Source of the DNA: Candidatus Latescibacterota bacterium
GTDB taxonomy: Bacteria > Latescibacterota > UBA2968 > UBA8231
Direction of reading: 5' to 3'
Assembly: GCA_965248265.1 (NCBI GenBank)
Contig: CBDFJF010000002.1
Coordinates: 1 to 64,000, forward strand
DNA: 64,000 bases
The notes beneath the pieces are model-generated. The model was not told the DNA's origin. It was given only the letters and a program-made list of their open reading frames with translations, and ran no database searches. The position numbers were made by a program, and so were the translations under genes. Every line of letters starts with the position of its first letter. Position 1 is the stretch's first letter. Below, piece after piece: positions 38,462-47,817 of this stretch.

Positions 38462-39709
38462 TCAAGCTCGAAATACGTCTCCGATGATCTGTACACCAAC
38501 CTCATCACCCGCCTCCGCTCGCTGTCCCGGCTCAAGCACGACCACTCCGTTGGCCCCAAGCATGGAAGTCAGGATATGCGAGCCCTGAGCCCGGTAAGCG
38601 GTGTCCGCCATCAACTGATCGCCATCCCAATCAAGGCGGGCGCGCTGGTACTCCCGGCGATCACCGCCGTTGCCGACCGGGTGACGCATACGAGCGCGCG
38701 CTGTCGGCAACAGCCAGTCGCTCTCCGCAAACCCGGAGGCCTTGCGCACGGCCGGTCGTACGAACTGAAGGAACGACATCAGGCTTGAGACGGGATTTCC
38801 CGGCAGGCCGAAGAATGGCTTGCCGCGCAGCAGGCAGAAGAACAGGGGTTTGCCCGGTTTCATGGCGACCCGCCACAGCACCTGCTCGGCTTCCATCTCT
38901 TTGAGGATGTCTTTGATGAAGTCGTACTCGCCGACGGAGACGCCGCCGGAAGAAAGGACGAAATCGCTGCCCAATGCCATTTCGATGGTGCGACGGATCT
39001 GGTCCTCGTTGTCTGGGGCGGTGGGCAGCATGACCGGTACTCCGCCGTGCGCCAGCACCATGGCAGCCAGGCTGGCGGTGTTGCTGTTGACGATCTTGCC
39101 CGGCTCCAGGGGCTCATCGATTTCTACCAGTTCATCGCCCGTCGAGAGAATAGCGACGGTCGGTTGGCGGTACACGGGCACAAAGGTTCGTTGTAGCGAG
39201 GCCAGGACACCGACTTCGCCAGCAGTCAAAACGGTGCCGGCAGGCATCAGGACTTCCCCCGTGCGCATATCCTCGCCGCTACGGCGTATATGGGTGCCCT
39301 TTTCTTCAGGCACCATGATGTCGACACTCGACTTCTCTGTGGCCTTGGTGTCCTCGACCTTGATAACCGTGTCGATGCCGGCAGGTATGGGCGCGCCGGT
39401 CATGACGCGACTGGCCTGCCCCGGTCCGACCTCTTTCTTTCCGATGTAGCCAGCGGGGATTTCTTCGATGACCTCAAGGCTCACCGGATTCTCCGCCGAC
39501 GCGCCGGCAATGTCGTCGAAACGGACGGCATAGCCATCCATGGCGGAGTTGTCGTGCGGCGGGTTGTCGTAGGTCGCCTTTTCGTCGCGGGCGAGCACAC
39601 GGTTCAGGGCGTCCAGTAGGGACACCCGCTCGACACCGAGGACGTTGATCCGCGCCAGTACCAGTTGCTGCGCTCGTTCCGGAGTGGTCACTGCATTCGA
39701 GTCAGTCAT
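38462..39709 (-). CDS. moeA: Molybdopterin molybdotransferase
   Basis: NSAMDGYA, MTGAPIP, STGDEL, SGGVSVG, MKPGKP and GLPGNPVS motifs. Confidence 0.95.
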   Translation of the reverse strand: MTDSNAVTTPERAQQLVLARINVLGVERVSLLDALNRVLARDEKATYDNPPHDNSAMDGYAVRFDDIAGASAENPVSLEVIEEIPAGYIGKKEVGPGQASRVMTGAPIPAGIDTVIKVEDTKATEKSSVDIMVPEEKGTHIRRSGEDMRTGEVLMPAGTVLTAGEVGVLASLQRTFVPVYRQPTVAILSTGDELVEIDEPLEPGKIVNSNTASLAAMVLAHGGVPVMLPTAPDNEDQIRRTIEMALGSDFVLSSGGVSVGEYDFIKDILKEMEAEQVLWRVAMKPGKPLFFCLLRGKPFFGLPGNPVSSLMSFLQFVRPAVRKASGFAESDWLLPTARARMRHPVGNGGDRREYQRARLDWDGDQLMADTAYRAQGSHILTSMLGANGVVVLEPGQRAEAGDEVGVQIIGDVFRA

Positions 39710-39713
39710 GGAT

Positions 39714-41012
39714 ATGAAAATACCGAGTGATCGAGGCCAGACAAGGCGGCGGGGACGCCTGATGCTCATCCTGCCAGCATCAACCTACAATACGATTGAG
39801 TTCATGACCGCGGCTGGGAAGTTGGATGTTGATATCGTCGTCGGTTCGGATCGGGGGCAGGTGTTGGAGTCGCAATTGCCGGCCGGATTGCTGCAATTGG
39901 ACTTCGACGCGCCCGATCACGCGACCCAACAGATTCGCGACTATGCAGCGCAATGGCCCCTGGATGCGGTGATTGGCGTTGACGACCACACGGCGCTGCT
40001 GGCCTCTGTGGCCAGTGAGGCGCTCGGGATTCCGCACAACGCGGCCGACGCCGTGCGCGCTGCCGGCAACAAGCTGCTGATGCGCCGGAAACTGGCTCAG
40101 TCGGAATTGCCCAAGCCGGGGTTCGAGGTCGCGGACTTGAGTGCGGATGTCGCTGAGATCGCCGCCCGCGTGTCGTATCCGTGCGTGCTCAAGCCGTTGT
40201 TTTTGGCGGCCAGTCGCGGGGTCATTCGGGTCGATGACGCGGTGCAGTTCGATGCTGCCTTCCAGCGCATTCGCAGTCTGCTTACCCAGCCGAAGATCAC
40301 CCGCAGGGGCGGCGAGGCAGCGCAGTTCATTCTGATCGAAGATTTCGTGCCCGGAATCGAGGTAGCCGTTGAGGGTTTGCTCACTGATGGCCGGCTGCGG
40401 GTTCTGGCTGTGTTCGACAAGCCGGATCCACTGGAAGGGCCTTATTTTGCAGAAACTATTTACGTGACTCCTTCCAGGCTCGACGACCAGGTACAATCTC
40501 GGGTGGCGGCGCATGTCGAAAAGGCAGCTGCGGCCCTCGGCCTTCGCGAGGGCCCGGTCCATGCCGAGTTGCGGCTGGGCAGTCGTTCTGAATCGGATGA
40601 TATCTTTGTCATCGAGATTGCCGCGCGCTCCATCGGCGGCTTGTGCTCGCGGGTTCTCGAATTCGGCGCCGGTATATCGCTGGAAGAGCTGGTCCTGCGC
40701 CACGCACTGGGGTTGCCCGTGGACGCGCTCGAGCGCACGGGTGTTGCAGGCGGGGTGATGATGCTGCCGGTCCCGGTGCGTGGGCGGTTGTGTGGGGTGG
40801 ATGGGATTGACGCCGCCGGCATGGTCCCCGGTATCGAGGAGATCCTCATTACTATTCCAGCTGGGAAAGAGGTTTTCCCATTGCCCGAGGGGGATCGCTA
40901 CCTGGGATTTCTCTTCGCCAAAGGGGATTCTCCTGCTGGCGTCGAGGCCTCGCTACGGGAGGCGTACGGGAAGCTGCACGTCGTGATAGAAGCTGAGGAG
41001 GAGATGGAGTGA
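39714..41012 (+). CDS. ATP-grasp ligase (L-amino-acid-ligase-like)
   Basis: NKLLMR, YPCVLKP..ASRGV, IEDFVPG.E and EIAAR motifs; start uncertain (39708, 39714 or later). Confidence 0.88.
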   Translation: MKIPSDRGQTRRRGRLMLILPASTYNTIEFMTAAGKLDVDIVVGSDRGQVLESQLPAGLLQLDFDAPDHATQQIRDYAAQWPLDAVIGVDDHTALLASVASEALGIPHNAADAVRAAGNKLLMRRKLAQSELPKPGFEVADLSADVAEIAARVSYPCVLKPLFLAASRGVIRVDDAVQFDAAFQRIRSLLTQPKITRRGGEAAQFILIEDFVPGIEVAVEGLLTDGRLRVLAVFDKPDPLEGPYFAETIYVTPSRLDDQVQSRVAAHVEKAAAALGLREGPVHAELRLGSRSESDDIFVIEIAARSIGGLCSRVLEFGAGISLEELVLRHALGLPVDALERTGVAGGVMMLPVPVRGRLCGVDGIDAAGMVPGIEEILITIPAGKEVFPLPEGDRYLGFLFAKGDSPAGVEASLREAYGKLHVVIEAEEEME

Positions 41013-42376
41013 ACGAGGGTCAACCGAAAGCAGTCGGCGCCACCCTGACGGAGGGTCCTGTCGCGCGCGTGCTGGCCGGGCTGGCGGGGCCGATGGTCAT
41101 CGGCATGTTTTCCGTCGTCGCCTTTAACCTGACGGACACCTACTTCGTGGCTAGGCTCGGTACCCGTGAGCTGGCCGCCATCAGTTTCACGTTTCCAGTC
41201 GTCTCCGTCATGTTCGGTATTGCCATGGGCCTGGGTACCGGGACGATTTCGGTGGTGTCGCGGGCCATCGGCAGCGGCGACCAGGACAGGGTGCGGCGGA
41301 TCTCCTCTGACAGTCTGATGCTCTCATTGCTGACTGTGCTGGCGGCAGCGGCCATCGGTATGCTGACGATCGATCCATTGTTCCGGGCATTGGGCGCCGG
41401 CGACGACGTGCTGCCTCTGATACGTCAGTACATGACCATCTGGTATCCGGGTATGGTGTTCCTGGTCATGCCGATGGTGGCCAATGCATCGATCAGGGCT
41501 TCCGGCGACACCAAACTGCCGGCGTTCATCATGACGTCCGGCACCCTCGTCAACATGGTGCTGGATCCGCTGTTGATCTTCGGCCTGTGGGGCTTTCCCC
41601 GATGGGAGTTGAAGGGGGCGGCTGTCGCTACCGTGATAGCTCGCGTGCTGATTTTGATAGCGTCGTTGACGATCCTCCACTTCCACAAGAGGATGCTTGA
41701 CTTCAGGCCGCCGGGCCTGCGTCAACTGCTGGATTCGTGGCGCCAGATTACCACCCTGGCCATCGCCGCCTCAGCCACCAACATGATGCCTTCGGTTGCC
41801 GTGGCCTTCGTAACCAGGCTCATCGCCGAATTCGGTGCCGGCGCCGTGGCCGCCTGGGGCGCCGGTTCCCGGGTGTCGCACTTCGTGCTGATTCCGGTGT
41901 ACGCTCTGGGCTCGGGTCTGGTGCCGTTCGTGGGTCAGAACTGGGGAGCTGAGCGCTACGACCGGGTGCGCCTGGCACGGCGTTACGCTTACCGCTTCGT
42001 CTTTCTGTGGGGAGCCGCCATGGTCGTCCTCCTGCACCTGGGTGCGGAGTCGATCGCCGTGCATTTCAGTACTGACGCCGAGGTGGTCAACAACATCGTG
42101 CGGTACTTGTGGATCGTCCCCCTCGGGTTCGGCATGATGGGGGTCTTCTTCATGACCGAGGAAACCCTCAATGCGATCGGACGGCCGGCTGTCGCCACGC
42201 TCACGACAGCCATTCACATGTTCCTCCTCTACGCACCCCTGGCCTACATGGGGACCCGGTGGTGGCAGATGACCGGGCTGTTCTTCGGCGTCGCTGGCGC
42301 CGACATCCTCGCCGGATTCGTCGGTGTCATCACCGTGCACCGGCTGTGTCGCGAGCGGGAGGCGACCTGCATCTGA
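41009..42376 (+). CDS. MATE family efflux transporter
   Basis: DTYFVARLG, GDTKLP, LDPLLIFG and GQNWGA motifs; GTGA overlap with the ATP-grasp gene. Confidence 0.92.
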   Translation: MNEGQPKAVGATLTEGPVARVLAGLAGPMVIGMFSVVAFNLTDTYFVARLGTRELAAISFTFPVVSVMFGIAMGLGTGTISVVSRAIGSGDQDRVRRISSDSLMLSLLTVLAAAAIGMLTIDPLFRALGAGDDVLPLIRQYMTIWYPGMVFLVMPMVANASIRASGDTKLPAFIMTSGTLVNMVLDPLLIFGLWGFPRWELKGAAVATVIARVLILIASLTILHFHKRMLDFRPPGLRQLLDSWRQITTLAIAASATNMMPSVAVAFVTRLIAEFGAGAVAAWGAGSRVSHFVLIPVYALGSGLVPFVGQNWGAERYDRVRLARRYAYRFVFLWGAAMVVLLHLGAESIAVHFSTDAEVVNNIVRYLWIVPLGFGMMGVFFMTEETLNAIGRPAVATLTTAIHMFLLYAPLAYMGTRWWQMTGLFFGVAGADILAGFVGVITVHRLCREREATCI

Positions 42377-42392
42377 ACTCACACCTCGCAGT

Positions 42393-43886
42393 TCATACAA
42401 TGTTGGCAAGAGCAAACTGCTCTTCAGTGGGTTCCGCTCAGCAGTACCACGGTTCCGTCAGGTAGGGAATCGTCGCAGGCACCGGTACATCGTCGATGTA
42501 GCGCGGCGTTTGCAGTCCGAGGGCCTCGTGTGCCAGGGTCCAGATGGCACCGAAGACCTGGCGCCGTGTTGCTGGAGTTCCCTGGTCCTGACAGACGGCT
42601 ACGCAGACGCGTTCGAAGAGGGTGTCCACGTGCGGGTCGGGATGCATCCACGGATAGCCGAGCTCTTCCGCCTCGAACGGTTGGAGGAAGGCGCGGACAT
42701 GCTCCAGCTCGAGCAGGCGTGACCCTTGTGGAACCAGCAGCCGGATGGCCAGCTGCACCGGGGCGACCTGGTCGACGAGGTCCAGCTCGGCCAGCAACTG
42801 CAGCAGCTCCAGGTAGGATGATGGAGTCGTCCACGGCGTAAAGGAGATGAAGGTCGGGTTCAGTACCAAACCCGTGTCCCTGCACAACTGCGCCACGCGG
42901 ACGAAGTCCTCGCGCGTATGTCCCTTGTCAAGGATTCGCAGGACCTCGTCGTCGACGGACTCGACCGCAGAGGTGACGAAGGCGCAGCCGGTTTCGTGCA
43001 GCGCTGACAGGCGGTCATGGTGTTTCAACAAATGCTCGATCTTGATGGTGACGTCGTAGGAGACATCAGGAAATTCGGCATGGAGCTGCTCGACGAGGGC
43101 GAGTCCATGCCCGACGCCATTGAAGAAGTCCGGGTCCCCGAATGTCACGTGGCGTGCCCCAGCCTCGATTTGTTGACGTATATCATCGAGGACGACGTCG
43201 CGCTGGACGACGCGAAAACGGCCGTCATAGACGGGCACGACCGGACAATGCCGGCACCGGTGCTTGCAACCGCGACTGGCCTCGACGTAACCGACGGTCC
43301 GGGTTTTGTCTCCGACGACCAGTTGAGCGTACTCGTGCAGTTGGGGCAGGTCGCTACGGTCGGGGAGCAGAAACTGCTGCTTCTCAATCCAGGTTGAGGT
43401 GATGCCGGCGTGCTCGGCAGTGGCAGGAGACGCCAACCGTTGGCACAGCGCCAGCAGCTCGGTTTCGAATTCGCCTGCCAACAGCGTCTCCACACCCAAT
43501 GCCCTCAAATGACTCGTGTTGACGACCGCGTAGAGACCGAAGGCGCAGATGTGGGCCGTCGGATTGAGCTCGCGGACTTGCCTGATGAGTGGTAGAGCCA
43601 GTCGCGTGGCCGTGTGCATGGGCAGATAGAAACCGATTACGTCGGCGTCCGCGGCCGTGTGCTCTGGCAGTTCGCCTACGGCAAGGTCGACGCAGTTGAC
43701 CTGATGATGCGCGCGGCGCAACCAGGCCGCCGGAGAAGCGAGCCCGAAGGGCTGCCGACCGAGCTCGTAAGTGGAGATCAGGAGGACGTGGAGAGGTCGA
43801 TGGACCTCGAAGGGCAAGGCGATGCTGCTACGGAGACTTGGACTGCTGGTAGTAGGGATTGTCCCCATCGGCATGGTCCGTGACAT
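42393..43886 (-). CDS. CUAEP-tail radical SAM selenoprotein (Sec at UGA 42438-42440)
   Basis: CKHRCRHC radical SAM motif and a B12-binding-like N-domain. TGG TAC TGC TGA GCG GAA CCC reads W-Y-C-U-A-E-P, open to TGA 42393. Start uncertain (TTG 43817 possible). Confidence 0.88.
42408..42424 (-). promoter_or_regulatory. Putative bacterial SECIS hairpin
   Basis: AAGAGCA-GUU-UGCUCUU; the loop G is 21 nt after the UGA. Confidence 0.7.
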
Positions 43887-44415
43887 CGTAGATCTCTTCG
43901 ATTTCCGGTACCGCTTCCTTGATCATCACCTCGATGCCCTGCTTGAGAGTGACGTCGGCCATGCCGCAACCCTGGCATCCTCCGCCCAGCTGCAGGTAGA
44001 CGGCATTGTCCTTGACATCGATCAGGGACACATGGCCCCCGTGCGAGGCCACGGCCGGGTTGATGCGCTCTTCGATAACCTGCCGGATCTTGTCGACGAC
44101 GGGTCCGGAGATATTGGGTGGGGTCACGCCCGGGCGTTCGACCTTGAAACCGCTACCCATGAGGCCGTCAACGTAATCGACGTTGGCTTCCTCCGCGTTC
44201 GGCAGGCTGTCCGCATCGATATAGACGTTGAAGCCCTCGAACTCGATAACGGTGTCATCGCTGGTGTCCTGATCGTGGGCGATAAAGGCCATCTTGAAGT
44301 CGACCTTTAGAGGCGACACGGCCGTGGCACCCAGGCGAAGCCCCTTGACCTTGGTCTCACTCGAGTCGATCAACTCGATGATCTTTTCGCGGGCTGCTTC
44401 CGTTATCGTGACCAT
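43828..44415 (-). CDS. nfuA: Fe-S biogenesis protein NfuA-like
   Basis: Degenerate A-type N-domain plus NifU C-domain INPAVASHGG...GGGCQGC. Confidence 0.88.
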   Translation of the reverse strand: MVTITEAAREKIIELIDSSETKVKGLRLGATAVSPLKVDFKMAFIAHDQDTSDDTVIEFEGFNVYIDADSLPNAEEANVDYVDGLMGSGFKVERPGVTPPNISGPVVDKIRQVIEERINPAVASHGGHVSLIDVKDNAVYLQLGGGCQGCGMADVTLKQGIEVMIKEAVPEIEEIYDVTDHADGDNPYYQQSKSP

Positions 44416-44557
44416 ACCGGTATCCTAGGGAATGCTGAGGACGACGACGCGGCTCCGCCGAGTCGTTTCCAGAATGTAGATGTCCCGCACCGTAAGTCAA
44501 TCAGGACGCTCAATAACAACTCGATAACAACTCAATAACAACAGGCTATGTAGCGCA

Positions 44558-46738
44558 TTGGAAAGACGACAGATCACTATCCGTTTGGCCCTGGCAGCAT
44601 CAGGACTGTTGCTGGCAATTGGTGCGGCCGAATTCGCGCTCAGACTCATGGCCGGGTCTGCGGTCGTCCCAGGTGATGCTGCGGTTGAGGCGGCGGTCCC
44701 CACGGATGCCGGTGCTGGCATCATGCATCGGGAAGGGCTGGATGGCACCGGTCTGGGGTGGGTTCCAAGGCCGGGAATCGTGCGCCAGAAATCCGCACCC
44801 GACGGCGATCTCTTCACGATGCGGATCAACTCCAGAGGTATGCGGGGTCCCGAACTGGAGCAGCGACGATCCGGTCATCGGCGGATCCTTTTTCTGGGTG
44901 ACTCCTTCACCATGGCCGGGCAATTGCCGGAAGAGGATACCTTCGTCCATCGGGTCGGCGACCTGCTGCGCATGGATCCTGGGGTCGATGTCGAAGTCGT
45001 CAACGCCGGCATCAATGGCTACAGCACCTACCAGGAAATGGCCCTCTACAAGCGTCACCGGCGAGCACTGCTCCCGGATACTGTTGTCCTGTGTTTCTTC
45101 CTGGGCAACGATTTCCGCGACAACATGGTGCATACTTCCGAAGCGCGTCGTCTGCGAAGAGAGCTTTTGCCTCGAGGGATGCGCTACTTCGACCGCCATC
45201 GGGACCGGTTTCTCTACGGCATCGATGGGGTTCGTCTCACCGATCCACTGTCCGGTCAGCTGCTGCGGGAGCCTTCGCGGTCGTGGCTGGTCTCCCTGAC
45301 GCAGCATTCCTCGCTGGCTCGTCTCCTGATCGCGCGGGTTGCTCTGATTCAGGGACGAATGAGTTCCGACCTGGATCTGCTCGACTCAAATCATCGGTAT
45401 TATTTCTATGAAATCGGTCTGTATCAACAGAAACAAGACGGGCTGTACCAGACGGCGACCGAGATTACCCTGGATTGCATTGACGAACTGGACGTGGCCG
45501 TGAGGGCGGATGGTGGAGAGCTGCTGGTGGCGTTGATCCCCTCACAAAGCCAGGTGGTTCCCGACTACTGGCGCCACACGCTGGATCAACTCGGGCTGGA
45601 GGAGTCGGATTTGGGTTCAGTCGATATGCGTTTCCCCAATCGCCTGCTCACTGAGTTTCTGGATAAGCGGTCGATTCCCGTCGTCGATATGACCGATGAC
45701 TTCGTCAATGCGACCGGTCCCAAAACACTATTTCTAGCAAACGAGGGGGATCGCCATTTCAGCGCCCAGGGACACCGGGTGGCGGCAACGGCGATCGCGA
45801 CGTTGGTGCGCGATCACAGTGCCCGACTGCGGGATCCTGCCGTGGACATGCGCAATCAGGCCAACGCCCTTGTCGCGGCTGGAGATTTTGAGGCCGGCGA
45901 AGAGCTTCTGAAAAACGCGATCGAAGTTTCGCAGGGTTGGCACGCGCCGTACCAGGATCTTGCCGCCGTCTATAGCCGGCTGGGTGCATTGGAAAGAAGC
46001 GTCGCCATGCTGACTGCGGCCGACCGGCTGTCGCCACTGGATCCCGAGTGGTTGCGGAACCTGGCACGTCTGCATCTGGCCATAGGCGACACGGCTCAGG
46101 CCATGGCCCGGTACGATCGCGTGCTGGAACGTGATCCGTCTCATTCGGTGCGTGGCGAGCTCAAACACCTATACAGGGCACTGCGGCAACCGCAAAAGGC
46201 TCGGTTGCTGGATGAAGAGCACGCAAGACTGCAGGCACGAGAGGTCAATCTGCGCCGCAGCCAGGTCGAGCGCACCGCACGAGATCCAATGGCCCACTTC
46301 GCGCACGGCAATTCCCTCGAGACCGCTGGCGACCTGCCCGGTGCTCGCCAGGCTTACGAAAGAGCGCTGGCATTGCGACCGGATTTCGCCGAGGCCGGCG
46401 TCAACCTTGGAGCACTATATGTAGGCGAAGGCCGCCTGGATGAGGCCGCTACGGCGTTCCAGAACGCACTGGAGGCAGACCCGAGCCGGGTGGAAGCGAT
46501 GAACAACCTCGGACTCATCTATCGTGAATGGGGCCGTCTTGAGGAGGCTCGCGAGCTCTACCTGAAGGTGCTAGGACTGCGGCCCAATCTGGCTCAAGCC
46601 CACTTCAACCTGGCTCTCGTCTACCGTGGGTTGGGGCTCAAGGACAAGGCCATCGAGCATTTGACCAAGGCGGTCCGCCTGGATCCGGGGATCAAGGAGC
46701 TGTATGACTTCTCGGCGAAGCCCGCGGGCCGGGACTAG
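44558..46738 (+). CDS. SGNH/GDSL hydrolase fused to TPR repeats
   Basis: INSRGMRG, LGDSFT, NAGINGY, GND and DRHFS motifs, then multiple TPRs; N-terminal TM anchor. Confidence 0.85.
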   Translation: MERRQITIRLALAASGLLLAIGAAEFALRLMAGSAVVPGDAAVEAAVPTDAGAGIMHREGLDGTGLGWVPRPGIVRQKSAPDGDLFTMRINSRGMRGPELEQRRSGHRRILFLGDSFTMAGQLPEEDTFVHRVGDLLRMDPGVDVEVVNAGINGYSTYQEMALYKRHRRALLPDTVVLCFFLGNDFRDNMVHTSEARRLRRELLPRGMRYFDRHRDRFLYGIDGVRLTDPLSGQLLREPSRSWLVSLTQHSSLARLLIARVALIQGRMSSDLDLLDSNHRYYFYEIGLYQQKQDGLYQTATEITLDCIDELDVAVRADGGELLVALIPSQSQVVPDYWRHTLDQLGLEESDLGSVDMRFPNRLLTEFLDKRSIPVVDMTDDFVNATGPKTLFLANEGDRHFSAQGHRVAATAIATLVRDHSARLRDPAVDMRNQANALVAAGDFEAGEELLKNAIEVSQGWHAPYQDLAAVYSRLGALERSVAMLTAADRLSPLDPEWLRNLARLHLAIGDTAQAMARYDRVLERDPSHSVRGELKHLYRALRQPQKARLLDEEHARLQAREVNLRRSQVERTARDPMAHFAHGNSLETAGDLPGARQAYERALALRPDFAEAGVNLGALYVGEGRLDEAATAFQNALEADPSRVEAMNNLGLIYREWGRLEEARELYLKVLGLRPNLAQAHFNLALVYRGLGLKDKAIEHLTKAVRLDPGIKELYDFSAKPAGRD

Positions 46739-46755
46739 GCCCGTTCACTCGAACT

Positions 46756-47124
46756 TCACTCGATGTCCTGCCCGAAGACGACGTCCACGCCGTTGGGATC
46801 GCGAACGCTGAAGTCCCTGATTCCATAGGGCCGGTCGCCGATCTCAACCGCGATTGCGCCGCCAGCTTCCTTCACTTCGTCGTGCATCGCGTCGGCATTC
46901 TTGACCCATTGAAACAGATGGACCCCGGCGGGCTGTGTGTCACCTTTGACAAAATGGATGGCGGAATTGTCCCGCCATACGACGCAATAGTCGTCGTCCC
47001 CGTAGTCCCACGTAAACCCGAGGATATCACGGTAGAAGGTGGCCGTCGCCTGAACATCGGCCACGTGCAGGACGGGTGTCCCCTGGATGAATTGGGCCGG
47101 TGACGCTGTCGGAGGATTTGGCAT
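46756..47124 (-). CDS. VOC/glyoxalase-bleomycin resistance family protein
   Basis: FYRDILGF and PYGIRDFSVRDPNG motifs. Confidence 0.9.
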   Translation of the reverse strand: MPNPPTASPAQFIQGTPVLHVADVQATATFYRDILGFTWDYGDDDYCVVWRDNSAIHFVKGDTQPAGVHLFQWVKNADAMHDEVKEAGGAIAVEIGDRPYGIRDFSVRDPNGVDVVFGQDIE

Positions 47125-47150
47125 AGTATGGCTCCTGGTTGATTGGTCGT

Positions 47151-47639
47151 CTAGAAATCACAGTCATCCGGTAGGGGTTGCTGCGTCGCCAGGTTTGCCG
47201 CGAATCCCGTTGCAGGACTCTCGGCTGTGAAGCCGTCGCTGACCGAACCGTGCAGCGTCTGACCTCCGTACCCGGACGTGTTCATGTGGGCGCGCACCCA
47301 CACGGTCTGCTGCGCCTGGATGTCCACGCCGCCGCCGCTACGCTTGAACGGTTGCTCGGTGACGTGGGAATGCAGGAGTACGCGCCGGTAAACGAGTTCA
47401 CCCTCTTCGCTGACGACTTCCCACCAATCGGCGTACTGATCGCATCCGGTATCCGGACTGGCCACGGTGACGGAGAATATGAAGCTCCCCGGTTCTCCGG
47501 AGGCGCTCACTTCGATGACATCGGCGGGCGTGGCCGCGGGAGTATCCCCGGTGTCATCAGGGCCGGTCGTGCCTGGTGTGCTCGTGGACGATCCGCACGA
47601 GCAGGTGACCAGCAAGGCCCCCAATACCGAGCACAGCAT
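47151..47639 (-). CDS. Conserved hypothetical lipoprotein
   Basis: Lipobox-like TCSC; DTGCDQYADWWEV, LLHSHV.EQPF and VRAHMN (possible metal site). Confidence 0.7.
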   Translation of the reverse strand: MLCSVLGALLVTCSCGSSTSTPGTTGPDDTGDTPAATPADVIEVSASGEPGSFIFSVTVASPDTGCDQYADWWEVVSEEGELVYRRVLLHSHVTEQPFKRSGGGVDIQAQQTVWVRAHMNTSGYGGQTLHGSVSDGFTAESPATGFAANLATQQPLPDDCDF

Positions 47640-47817
47640 GCGCCGACCTCGGGGCGATAGTGGCTCGAGTGGGGGAGAGTCGAGCACGTGGGTGTTCGTG
47701 CACATGGTCTCAAATGAAAGGCATGAGTCGCCGGGGGCAAGTGGACACACGCAGGGCCATGCGTTTCCTTTTTCGGCTGTTCACTGATGGGACGGTTTCT
47801 TCGGAGGGACTAGAATC

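Noticed and set aside
42393-42395. Second UGA in the radical SAM gene as another Sec codon
   Set aside because: Readthrough would run antisense into the MATE gene, and there is no conserved-looking motif; treated as the true stop.
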